From assembly GCF_006345805.1 (NCBI RefSeq), contig NC_043011.1, positions 17,434,464 through 17,498,463 on the forward strand: a stretch of DNA of 64,000 bases. Direction: 5' to 3'. This document shows, piece by piece, positions 52,596 through 64,000 of the stretch; positions within the stretch are counted from its first letter, which is position 1; every line of letters begins with the position of its first letter. The notes under the pieces are model-generated. The model was not told where the DNA came from. It was given only the letters and a program-made list of their open reading frames with translations, and ran no database searches. The position numbers were made by a program, and so were the translations under genes. This DNA is from Octopus sinensis (lineage: Eukaryota).

Positions 52596-52995
52596 ATTTG
52601 TTTCTTTATTGCCCACATGAGGCTAAACATAGAGCAAACAAACAAGGACAGACAAAGGGATTGAATCGATTACATCGACTCCAGTGTGTAACTGGTACTG
52701 ATTTAATTGACCTTGAAAGGAGAAAAGGCAAAGTTGACCTCGGTGGAATTTGAACTCAGAAACGAAATACCTATTTCTTTACTATCCACAAAGGGGCTAA
52801 ACACAGAAGGGACAAACAAGGACAGACAAACGGATTAAGTCGATTATATAGACCCCAGTGCATAACTAGTACTTATTTAATCGAACCCGAAAGGATGAAA
52901 GGCAAAGTCGGCCTCGGTGGAATTTGAACTCAGAACATAATGGTGAATGAAATACCACTAAGCATTTCGCCTGGTGTTCTAATAATTCTACCAGG
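52596..52995 (-). mobile_element. SINE family C head plus 2 bodies (dimer)
   Basis: Two tandem body units joined at gaaatacctatttctttac, followed by a diverged head. Confidence 0.85.
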
Positions 52996-53316
52996 TTGCT
53001 GCTGACTTCTTATGGAATATTGCATTCATTACAACATCAGTATGTAGTTTTGTATTTATTCTAGCAGTCTGCACTCTGAGTTCAAATCATACCATGATAG
53101 ACTAGGCCTTTCATCTTTTTCCTCATTGATAAATGAAAGAAAAAGTCATGGTGATAGAGTTGTTGGTTAGTTAGACAAGCTGCTTCTTGGTATTTGTCCC
53201 AGCCCTTTGCAAAGCTACGACAACCCTTTCCCAACCCTCCAACAACATTGATGACATGTAGAAAAATGTCATGTATATATGGGCAATTTTAAACCTTAGA
53301 TATATAAAAATAAAAA

Positions 53317-53474
53317 CAGGCTTAGGAGTGGCTGTGTGGTAAGTAGCTTGCTTACCAACAACATGGTTCCGGGTTCAGTCCCACTGCGTGGCATCTTGAG
53401 CTTCTACTATAGCCTCGGGCCGACCAAAGCCTTGTGAGTGGATTTGGTAGACGGAAACTGAAAGAAGCCCGTCG

Positions 53475-53511
<37 letters not shown>

Positions 53512-53720
53512 ATGTTTGTGTGTTGTGTTTGTCGTCCCCCCAACATCGCTTGTCAACCGATGCTGGTTTGTTTACGTCTCCGTAACTTAGCGGTTCGGCA
53601 AAAGAGACAGATAGATAAGTGCTAGGCTTACAAATGATAAGTCCTGGGATCGATTTCCTCAACTAAAGGCAGTGCTCTAGCATGGCCACAGTCAAATGAC
53701 TGAAACAAGTAAGTGAGTAA
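53317..53720 (+). mobile_element. SINE family A, full length
   Basis: Head-to-tail match to the family. Confidence 0.9.
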
Positions 53721-54059
53721 ATGAGAATGAGATATAATAAAATCTTGTTCAAGCCCCCACCATGGAAAATAGATTTGGAGGTTTATAACAGGTCTTCTAG
53801 TAGAGTAATTAGAAGATGCAGAACAATGACTGTGAGGTAAAACCGAATGAAAGAATTTACTAAGTTATCCATACGAGTCTTTGTTTTGATTTCTTAGTTT
53901 TTAAGCGGTTTAGCTTATCTAACATACTTAACGTAGGCTGTATATTTAAGTACGTAAATACTTTGGCATCTTATTAAATAGCTACTTCAGTTGATACATA
54001 ATTAAAGAGATGAAGGTTCCAAACAAGCAATGGGAAAATAATGAAGGTGGTATTGTAAT

Positions 54060-54800
54060 TTATCAGGTGGCATGTAAAAAGCACTATTCGAGTGTGGCCG
54101 ATGCCAGTACCACCTGACGGGCACCCATGCTGATGGCATGCAAATAGCACCATTTGAATGTGGCCAATGCCAGTGCTGCATGACGCTCCCATGCCAGTGG
54201 CATGGAAAAAGTACTATTCGAGTGTGGCTAATGCCAGTACCACCTAACTAGTCACCAATGCTGATGGCATGCAAATAGCACCATTTGAGTGTGGCCGATA
54301 CCAGTGCTGCCTGACTGGCTCCCATGCCGGTGGCATGTAAAAAGCACTATTCGAGTGTAGCCGATGCCAGTGCCACCTGACTGGCACCCATACTGATGGC
54401 ATGCAAATAGCACCATTTAAGTGTGGCCGATGCCAGTGCTGCTTGACTGGCTTCCATGCTGGTGGTATGGAAAAAGCACTATTCGAGTGTGGCCGATGCC
54501 AGTACCACCTGACTGGCACCCATGCTGATGGCATGCAAATAGCACCATTTGAGTGTGGTCGATGCCAGTGCTGCCTGACTGGCTTCCATGCCGGTGGCAT
54601 GTAAAAAGCACCCATTATACTCTTGGAGTGGTTCCCGTAAGAAAGGCGTCCAGCTGTAGAAACCTTGCCAAATCAGATTGAAGCCTGGTGCAGCCTCCTG
54701 GCCTGCCAGTTATCAGTCAAACCGTCCAACCCATGCCAGCATGGAAAGCAGACATTAAACGACGTCAACGATGATGATAAGGATGATGATGATGATGATA
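54060..54800 (+). repeat. SINE family D preceded by a tandem array of ~66-bp subunits in a ~132-bp two-subunit higher-order unit
   Basis: g(c/t)actattcgag at 54081, 54211, 54344 and 54476 alternates with gcaccattt subunits. Confidence 0.85.
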
Positions 54801-54969
54801 GTGATCACGACTGCCTTACTAATTCATCAGCCTTTGAGAAAAGTGAGAACAAAAAACTAATTATATATACAGTACTATTTACATTTGTTACAAGGTATCT
54901 TGAAATGAAAAGCATTATGTGTGTGTGTGTTTGTTTGTTGTGTGTGCACTTTTGTATATATACTCTGAC

Positions 54970-55192
54970 TTGAGTGTTGACCTTACCCTGCGATAACATT
55001 CTCTTCTGATTCTTTCTCTCATCACTGAATGTCTCATTCCATCACCTTCAAATACCCCTAGGTATTTGTAGCTCTCTGCTAGTTCTAACTCTTTTATGAC
55101 ATTCTGCTGGTCAAGGTTAACGTTGGATGTTTCTGTCATTTTCCTTTAAAAAAGGTAGCTTTTGCACATTTATTGAAACCAAATTTCATCTT
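54970..55192 (-). mobile_element. R4/Dong RT fragment
   Basis: KMKFGFNKCAKATF...ELELAESYKYLGVFEGDG...IRRECYRRVRSTLKSE. Its 5' side abuts (AAT)n. Confidence 0.85.
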
Positions 55193-55304
55193 GCTGTTGT
55201 TATTATTATTATTATTATATTATTATTATTATATTATTATTATTATATTATTATTATTATTATCATTATTATTATCATTATTATTATTATTATCATCATT
55301 ATTC

Positions 55305-55350
55305 AGTAGTCTTATTTTTAGCACATGCTTTTACTTCACTACTATGTGAA
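55305..55350 (-). mobile_element. ~45-bp 3' tip of the 42351 Dong family in (TTA)n
   Basis: ttcagtagtcttattttta..tgcttttacttcactac versus ttcagtagttttatttttatagcgtgctttcacttcactac. Confidence 0.7.
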
Positions 55351-55592
55351 TTATTATTGTTATTATCATTATTATTATTATTATTTAGGTGTTGTGCTGG
55401 CAGAATTATTAGCATTATTTCGTGGGTAAAATGCTTAGAAGCATTTCATCTGTCTTTGTGTTCTGAGTTCAGATTTCACCAAGGGCAACTTTGCCTTTCG
55501 TCATTCTTGGGTTGATTAAATTGACTTACCCCTCTTCTGAAATTGTTGGCCTTGTGCCAAAATTTGAAACGATTATTGCTTATTTTGTCATT

Positions 55593-55623
<31 letters not shown>

Positions 55624-55680
55624 GAATCATTATTATTATTATTATTATGATTATTATTATTATTACTATTATCATTATTA

Positions 55681-55734
<54 letters not shown>

Positions 55735-55747
55735 CATCATCATCATG

Positions 55748-55779
<32 letters not shown>

Positions 55780-55816
55780 CATCATGATTATTATCATTAT
55801 TACAATTATTATTATT

Positions 55817-56370
55817 GAGTGAGAGAGCAGGGCATGCCATCAAAGTGACACTGGAGTAAAATATACGAAGCCCAATATACCCATCATGACTACCCGTCTG
55901 ATAAGGGTACACTAGGCACATGCGTCACAACCATATGTGCACGACATGGTGATCTCATATCAAGATAAACAGTACATGACCTTGCTGGTGGGGCCCAGTT
56001 AGAATTTTGTTCTGGTCGAGTAGCCCATCCCGCTCAATAGGTCCCTGAATAAGGGTTGTTTAAAGATGTTGAATGAAACACCCCTGTTTCCAAAGGTGAA
56101 TTATTCAAACCCCAAAGAATCCCTCTCAACACATGGCTAAGATGCTCCCCCACTACTACTGCTCGTGATCAGAGATGCACATATCGTCAGCCACTAAGGG
56201 ACATGCTCAACTGGTTGAAGTCAAACAACTGACAAGCAAATCTGTGGTATTGAGCAGAATATTTGCTGTAGCCCATCTTTTATACCAAGACAAAACAATG
56301 TACATGATAACACATGCAATCAGTTAAGATCAAAAGCCATGAGAGCCACTGCCTGCCACTGCATCAGGGC

Positions 56371-56373
<3 letters not shown>
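55817..56373. mobile_element. Non-coding ~560-bp element embedded in (TTA)n; shorter copies at 57281-57789 and 58810-59317
   Basis: Three copies in the same orientation, each bounded by (TTA)n on both sides. No recognised protein similarity. Confidence 0.75.
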
Positions 56374-56419
<46 letters not shown>

Positions 56420-56443
56420 ATTATTATTATTATTATTATTATT

Positions 56444-57205
56444 CTATGTTTGACTTTTGCTTTATGTTTGTAGAAGTTGGCTCCAAGTCTCACCCAGAGA
56501 CCTCAAGAGAAAACAGGTTGGAAGTTCACGTTGTTGTTATGCCTAGTGTGCCATATATTTGGATTTTTTTTTTCTTCCTTCCTTTTTTTTGGTGTTGTAC
56601 TAGTGAATGTCTAATAAATAAAAAGAAAGTTTGTTTTAAACCTTGGGATTACATAGAGAGTATTTTGCGTAGGATATGAGCAGTTCCCATGAGCACTATC
56701 TATTGAATTTCTGCCATTTTGGGGTTTTCTGGTATCTAAGTTAGGTAGCTATCAGCCCCTTTTGCTATCATTCTCAGGGCACCTATGACAACAGGTATTG
56801 TTTTATTCTTCAGGTTCCACATTTTGCTGATTTCTATTTCAAGATCTTTATATTTGCTCAGTTTTTTGTAGGTCTTGACAGATACGTTTATATCGATTGG
56901 GACAGTCATATCAATGAGGAGGCATGTTCTTTGTCTGAAGTCTTTCAATATGATGTCTGGCCTATTTGTATCTATCTTTCTGTCAGTTTGAATGGTGAAG
57001 TTCCAGAGGAGTGAGATGTGGTCATTTTCAAGCACCGGAGGTGGATTGTGTTCCCACCAGTTTTTTCACGGGGCAAATCCAGGTTTTTGCAAATTACCCA
57101 CTGAATATATTGTGCAGCTCTATCATGCCTGTTGAGGTACTCTGTAGGCGCTAGAAGACTGCATTTGGAGACAACATGTTCAATGGTTTCATTTTGTTGT
57201 TGGCA
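56444..57205 (-). mobile_element. R4/Dong LINE 3' fragment, second subfamily; duplicated at 57978-58737
   Basis: LLWNFTIQTDRKIDTNRPDIIL...LIDMTVP...KLSKYKDLEIEI, with the CCHC/RHD region upstream. Its 3' UTR differs from the 42351 element. Confidence 0.92.
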
Positions 57206-57786
57206 TTATTATCATCATGATTATTATTATTACTATTATTATTATTATTATCATTATTATTATTATTAATTATTATTATTGAGTGAGAGAGCAGTTCATG
57301 CCATCAAAGTGACACTGGGGTAAAATATAGGAAGCCCAACATACCCATCATGACTACCCGTCTGATAAGGGTACACCAGGCACATGCATCACAACCATAT
57401 GTGCGCAACATGGTGATCTCATATCAAGGTAAACAGCGCATGACCTTGCAGGTGGGGCCCAGTTAGAATTTTCTTCAGGTCAAGTAGCCCATCCCGCTCA
57501 AAAGGTCCCTGAATAAGGGTTGTTTAAGGATGTTGAAAGAACCACCCATGTTTCCAGAGGTGAATTATTCAAACCCAAAAAAATCCCTCTCAACACATGG
57601 CTATGATGCTCCCCCACTACTTCCACTCTTGATCAGAGACGCACGTATTGTCAGCCACTAAGGGACATGCTCAACTGGTTAAAGTTAAACAACTGACAAG
57701 CAAATCTATCGTATTGAGCAGAATATTTGCTGTAGCCCATCTTTTATACCAAGACAAAACAATGTACATGATGACACTTCCAATCA

Positions 57787-57821
<35 letters not shown>

Positions 57822-59317
57822 CATTATTATTATTATTATCATTATTATCATGATTATTATTATTATTATTATTATTATATTATTATTATCATGATTATTA
57901 TTATTATTTATTATTATTATATTATTATTATTATTATTATTATATTATTATTATATTATATTATTATTATTATTATTCTATGTTTGACTTTTGCTTATGT
58001 TTGTAGAAGTTGGCTCCAAGTCTCACCCAGAGACCTCAAGAGAAAACAGGTTGGAAGTTCACGTTGTTGTTATGCCTAGTGTGCCATATATTTGGATTTT
58101 TTTTTTCTTCCTTCCTTTTTTTTGGTGTTGTACTAGTGAATGTCTAATAAATAAAAAGAAAGTTTGTTTTAAACCTTGGGATTACATAGAGAGTATTTTG
58201 CGTAGGATATGAGCAGTTCCCATGAGCACTATCTATTGAATTTCTGCCATTTTGGGGTTTTCTGGTATCTAAGTTAGGTAGCTATCAGCCCCTTTTGCTA
58301 TCATTCTCAGGGCACCTATGACAACAGGTATTGTTTTATTCTTCAGGTTCCACATTTTGCTGATTTCTATTTCAAGATCTTTATATTTGCTCAGTTTTTT
58401 GTAGGTCTTGACAGATACGTTTATATCGATTGGGACAGTCATATCAATGAGGAGGCATGTTCTTTGTCTGAAGTCTTTCATATGATGTCTGGCCTATTTG
58501 TATCTATCTTTCTGTCAGTTTGAATGGTGAAGTTCCAGAGGAGTGAGATGTGGTCATTTTCAAGCACCGGAGGTGGATTGTGTTCCCACCAGTTTTTTCA
58601 CGGGGCAAATCCAGGTTTTTGCAAATTACCCACTGAATATATTGTGCAGCTCTATCATGCCTGTTGAGGTACTCTGTAGGCGCTAGAAGACTGCATTTGG
58701 AGACAACATGTTCAATGGTTTCATTTTGTTGTTGGCATTATTATCATCATGATTATTATTATTATTATTATTATTATTATCATTATTATTATTATTAATT
58801 ATTATTATTGAGTGAGAGAGCAGTTCATGCCATCAAAGTGACACTGGGGTAAAATATAGGAAGCCCAACATACCCATCATGACTACCCGTCTGATAAGGG
58901 TACACCAGGCACATGCATCACAACCATATGTGTGCAACATGGTGATCTCATATCAAGGTAAACAGCGCATGACCTTGCAGGTGGGGCCCAGTTAGAATTT
59001 TCTTCAGGTCAAGTAGCCCATCCCGCTCAAAAGGTCCCTGAATAAGGGTTGTTTAAGGATGTTGAAAGAACCACCCATGTTTCCAGAGGTGAATTATTCA
59101 AACCCAAAAAATCCCTCTCAACACATGGCTATGATGCTCCCCCACTACTTCCACTCTTGATCAGAGACGCACGTATTGTCAGCCACTAAGGGACATGCTC
59201 AACTGGTTAAAGTTAAACAACTGACAAGCAAATCTATCGTATTGAGCAGAATATTTGCTGTAGCCCATCTTTTATACCAAGACAAAACAATGTACATGAT
59301 GACACTTCCAATCAGTT
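56444..59317. repeat. Near-identical tandem duplication, period about 1.53 kb
   Basis: 56444-57789 matches 57978-59317 except for microsatellite length and single-base indels. Confidence 0.9.
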
Positions 59318-59423
59318 ATTATTATTATTATTATTATTATTATATTATTATTATATTATTATTATTATTAATTATTATTATTATTATTATATTATTATTA
59401 TTATTATTATTATTATTATCATG

Positions 59424-59468
<45 letters not shown>

Positions 59469-59478
59469 TATTATTATT

Positions 59479-59512
<34 letters not shown>

Positions 59513-60304
59513 CATCACCATCACCATCATAAGTACTATGGAAATTCCGGTACATTTATTCAATGGAAAGAAACACATTTATTTGTTGGACTACATAATA
59601 AACAATCTTCATAACAGACTAAGAAAACAATAATATTAGAGAGTCTTCTAATCACAGAACATATTGGAAGTAAAACATTGAATATTTTTTTTATTACATT
59701 ATAGTATATAGACACAGTTAAAATGACAAAACCCATTCCCAGGCACCACTGGACAAACAGTGAAGCAGGGTATATAAACATAATATACAGAGAATACAAC
59801 CACACACAGACAGATACACACACACACATACACACACATTACTATTTGGAGTTATGAAGACGATGGTGCAAGTGAGATATATTCACCATTTCCACCACCC
59901 AATTAAACAAACGGTATTATTGCTTTCTTCAACAATCAATTTAACATATTAATGTATTGCTAAAGCAATGACAACTTTTTTCTGTTCTGTCTCGATTTAA
60001 AAGAGAAAAACAAAAACCAGTGACTGAGAAAATAATACTACACCTTCAAAAGATTTTCTATTGAGCTAGGGTCTTTTTCACATGTGGTTGACAGAGAAAT
60101 TTTTCATCTAGGAAAGGCAGAGACTGAGACGGGTTTTTTATGTGCAAGACTATCTGTTTCCAATGTAAATCTCTCCTTTTGCATATACACATGATGCACA
60201 AAGCAATGATAAGGCTAATGCAGCTTGCTCAAGAGGAAAAATGAAGTCATCCTCGTTGTGTGACTTACCAGGACCAATGTAACTCTTCCACACCAGACAT
60301 CCCA

Positions 60305-60660
60305 ATTGAGTACTTGTACTTGTACTTGTGGCGACATTCACCCTGGGCAGGTTGAGTCGGCTTGTTCTACCACCCTCGAGGCATCTCGAACCATGGCAGC
60401 CCACGCAAGATGGTCCTGCGCCAGTTCACTGGAGATAGCGAGCCAGTTATGGTTCCATCGGTGCAGGCCGACCACCTGCAGTCCTGTGAGCACGGAGAGG
60501 TCCTCCTTGATTGTCGTAACCCAGGTCTTCAGCTGCCCGCCCATGCGTTTCCGCCAGCTGGGAAGTGGAGTTAGGAGAAGGACATCACGGCTCAGTTCAC
60601 CCACCGGACGCCTACATGCATGGTCAAACCACTGCAAGCACCGTTGCAGAAAGACAGATA
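60305..60660 (-). mobile_element. RTE-clade LINE 3' end with a (CAAGTA)n tail
   Basis: WFDHACRRPVGEL..DVLL.TP...GGQLKTWVTTIKEDL...ELAQD..AW. Confidence 0.85.
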
Positions 60661-60884
60661 GAAGGGGCTGCAGAGACAGGTGAAGTCAGAGATTGGCGGT
60701 GGGAACTCGATCCACCTGATGGCAGCGAAGAATGCAGCGAAGAATCCCAATTGAGCAATGAGGATAAATGTCAGCCCTAGGTTTTAGTTGCACTCTGTCT
60801 TTATCTAGAAGAAATATCTCATCTGTGCATGCCATTACTACAGATGATAGCAGTAATTTACTAACTGAACTAGTTGATACTGGC

Positions 60885-61395
60885 CTTTGAGTTGTTTGTT
60901 CATCTACTCAGGATCATCTCGAAAGAGTCCAGAAGCTGGCTGCCTGCATGGTTCTTGGTCTCAAGCATTTGTCTTATGAAGAAAGGCTGAAGACGCTCGA
61001 CCTTTATTCTCTAGAAATATGACGCCGCCGTGGAGATCTCATTCTCGCTCACAATATCATAAGCGGAAAGTGTAACCTCTCGAAAGAGCTGTTCTTCACT
61101 CCTGCTCCAGAGCGTCAGCTGCGGAGTCACTCTGAAAAGCTCTATCAGCGACGATTTCATCTCAATCGAAAGAGAGGGGCTTTCTCCGTCCGGGTTGCAG
61201 ATCCGTGGAATAAGCTGCCAGACGAGATAGTGAAGATGCCGACGACTGCTCGGTTCAAAGTCTCTCTTGACCAGAAATGGCCTAAACTCTTTGCATGAAC
61301 ACCCTCCCTGTACATAACTCCATGTGCCCCTACACGGCCTTGCTTTTTGCTTTTTGAGCTAAAAAAATTAACTTAACTAACTTAACTTAACTTAG
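60885..61395 (+). mobile_element. CR1-clade LINE 3' end, second family
   Basis: LERVQKLAA..LKHLSYEERLKTLDLYSLE.*RRRGDLI...FSVRVADPWNKLP, with a (TAAC)n tail. Confidence 0.9.
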
Positions 61396-62069
61396 ATAGT
61401 CACCATAGACTCAATGAGTTCATCTGCTGAAATAATTTACACTCACCATACAACATTCTATGATATCTACATACCTTGGTTTGGGTACTTCCCTGATATT
61501 TGACTCATAGCTGGCATACTGAGAGGTGCTTCAACTCTTGGTCAGACTAGACCTGGGAATAACAGTGGCTAAGAAGTAGTTCTATGCCTCAAAACACTGG
61601 GGCACTTAAACCAGGGACCCCCACCTAGCCATCAAAGAGCTAAAGCAAATAGTGCAACACAGCAGTCTAACAATTCTTTGAAACTGGTGCAAAAGTGGAC
61701 AAAAAAATCAAAAGGGAAGAATTGAAAATCCTTCATTCTTTAGAAGTCTTTACGAGGTGGGGAATAGGGGAGTCAATGATGTTCATATGAGGGTGGGCTG
61801 AAAAGTTCATAGGTTATAATATCCAGTAGTCTCTAAATTTTAAGTTTTCATTCTCTAGTTACCTTTCACAGACATAACAATCTTCATAAGTGTATAATAC
61901 TTAGAGCCCTACTTATTTCCATGAATGATTTTTAGAATGTATAAATCTTGGCAATATGTGATAAAGAAAATTTTAGGGTACAATAAGATGAATTAATATT
62001 ACCTGAAACAATTAAAATTTTTAAATTGTAGTGAAATGTGTATAACCAACAGGAACAAGCGATTTACAA

Positions 62070-62435
62070 TCTTTTATTTTTCACTTGTTTCATTGATTAG
62101 ACTGTGGGCGTCCAGATTTGTCCCCAGTACTTTTTTTTGTAATGTCCTGGTACTTATTCTACCAGTCTCTTTTGCTAAACTACTAAATTCTGGGGACATA
62201 AACACCCCACCCTTAGTTGTTGAGTGAGGGGGGGGGGCAAGCACAAACACAAAGATACACACACACATACATATATATATGACAGGCTTCTTTCAGTTTC
62301 CATCTACTATATCCACTCACAAGGCTTTGGTCAGCACAAGGCTATGCTAGAAGACGTTTGCCCAAGGTGTCACACAATGAGCCTGAACCTGGAACCCTGT
62401 GGTTGGAAAGCAAGCTTCTTACCATGCAGCCATGC
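62070..62435 (-). mobile_element. Diverged SINE family A
   Basis: Reverse complement match to the family. Confidence 0.75.
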
Positions 62436-63695
62436 CAATCTTCATCAAATATTCAAAATTCCTTATGTAGTTAAGGCCTCATCTAGACATACAATTTTGC
62501 TTATATACATGTATAATCAAAATCAATTCGATGACTGGCATCCGTGCTAGCGGGGTGCAAAGAGCACCATATGAGTGTGATCGTTGCCAGAGCAGCCAAC
62601 TGGCTTCCATACCCATGGCACCTAAAAGGGCATCATTCGAGCGTGATCGTTACCAACATCACTTCACTGGCACCTGTGTCAGTGGCATGTGTAAAAAGAT
62701 TCGAGCGAGGTCATTGCCAGTACTGCCTGACTGGCCCCCGTGCCGGTGGCACGTAAAAAGCTCCCACTACACTCTTGGAGTGGCTGGCGTTAGGAAGGGC
62801 ATCCAGCTGTAGAAACTCTGCCAGATAAAGATTGGAGCCTGGTGCAGCCATCTGGTTCGCCAGCCCTCAGTCAAAATCGTCCAACACATGCTAGCATGGA
62901 AAGCGGACGTTAAACGATGATGATGATGATGATGATGATGATGATAGTCCTTTATAATTGAATTATCTCATGTAACTAGTCACGGGATGCTCGTTTTGAA
63001 ATCACTATCTACCATTTAATTTTTCTACCTTGTATAGAAAAGATCTGTAGCATATTTGATGTAAGCAAAAATACATTTTTCTGAATGTGAACCTTTCTGC
63101 AACGCATTCATTTTAAACTTCTGCTGAAACATAAATGACCAGAGACGAATATAAACAACTGACTGCACAATATGCAACCTCGCAATATCTCATCAAATCT
63201 CAATTCAGTTCCAAAGGTTATCCAGTAAATATATATATCAATAACCTTCCCAACACTCACACCTTGACAAATACTAGAAACTGAATGGTTTCTCTTTTTC
63301 CCTATCTTTGCTTTCCTTTTCTCTCTCTCTACATGCATGCCTATATAGTCTGAACAATGGCTCACCTATACAATATTTTGAATCTAATCTGATGAGTAGA
63401 AAGATGAAATTTAAATACCAAATGTGAGGTGGCAGATGACACAGCCATAAATAATACCAACTCCTTGGGATTGAATACTATATTGAACGTTTGAATGTAG
63501 TACAGGAACTTTTGTATGGCTTATATATATATTATAGTTTATATTCAGATTAACAGACCACTGATCTGAGTCGCAGACAATTCCTGCAGCAGATGCAATA
63601 AATCAATGAAGGTGAGCCTATACCAGGAATCAGCAGAAAATTGCCGCAGATTTTTACTTGACACGCATAGTCAGATACTGTGTTATTAAAAGTTT

Positions 63696-64000
63696 GGAGG
63701 CGCAATGGCCCGGTGGTTAGGGCAGCGGACTCACGGTCGTAGGATCGCGGTTTCGATTCCCAGACCGGGCATTGTGAGTGTTTATTGAGCGAAAACACCT
63801 AAAAGCTCCACGATGCTCCGGCAGGGATGGTGGTGATCCCTGCTGTACTCTTTCACCACAACTTTCTCTCACTCTTACTTCCTGTTTCTGTTGTACCTGT
63901 ATTTCAAAGGGCCAGCCTTGTCACTCTCTGTGTCACGCTGAATATCCCTGAGAACTACGTTAAGTGTACATGTGTCTGTGGAGTGCTCAGCCACTTACAC
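63696..64000 (+). mobile_element. SINE family B, running off the window end
   Basis: ggaggcgcaatggcccggtggttagggcagcggactcacggtcgtaggatcgcggtttcgattccc. Confidence 0.85.

Noticed and set aside
54244-54615. 123-aa repetitive minus-strand ORF (WHRPH repeats)
   Set aside because: Translation of the SINE D tandem module.
55960-56070. Possible HDV-like ribozyme, or U2 snRNA similarity, in the 560-bp passenger
   Set aside because: The P3/L3 candidate agc-ccatccc-gct lacks the L3 consensus and correct P1 adjacency. The U2 resemblance is only a few bases.
60306-60683. 125-aa plus-strand ORF and overlapping ORFs
   Set aside because: Antisense to the RTE LINE fragment.
63696-63770. tRNA-like sequences (also at 31684, 37352, 48626, 14437 and others)
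   Set aside because: They have A/B-box-like heads but no complete cloverleaf, and each continues into a shared SINE body.

Overview
AT-rich, microsatellite-dense eukaryotic DNA, most likely from an octopus or other cephalopod. This is inferred from the repeat families and composition, not from a database search. Most of the window is mobile-element debris: four SINE families (called A-D here), CR1-, RTE- and R4/Dong-clade LINE fragments, Penelope-like element (PLE) remnants, a deleted mariner, 8-bp-TSD MITEs carrying TTAGGG motifs, Helitrons and fold-back repeats. No host gene is identifiable with confidence; a few candidate short exons are listed at low confidence. Most ORF-track entries are microsatellite or antisense artefacts. 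The best leads are: (1) a 138-bp palindrome encoding a hammerhead-ribozyme fold on each strand (23147-23284), plus other hammerhead-like motifs in PLE remnants; (2) a head-to-head pair of tRNA-headed elements with hammerhead-like tails, one split by a young (TAA)n-inserted Dong LINE (42118-43880); (3) a SINE head plus 7 x 183-bp bodies inside a single TSD (46056-47416); (4) a (TTA)n landing pad with repeated same-orientation Dong insertions and a non-coding 510-560-bp passenger (54970-59500). Many boundaries are approximate, read by eye.
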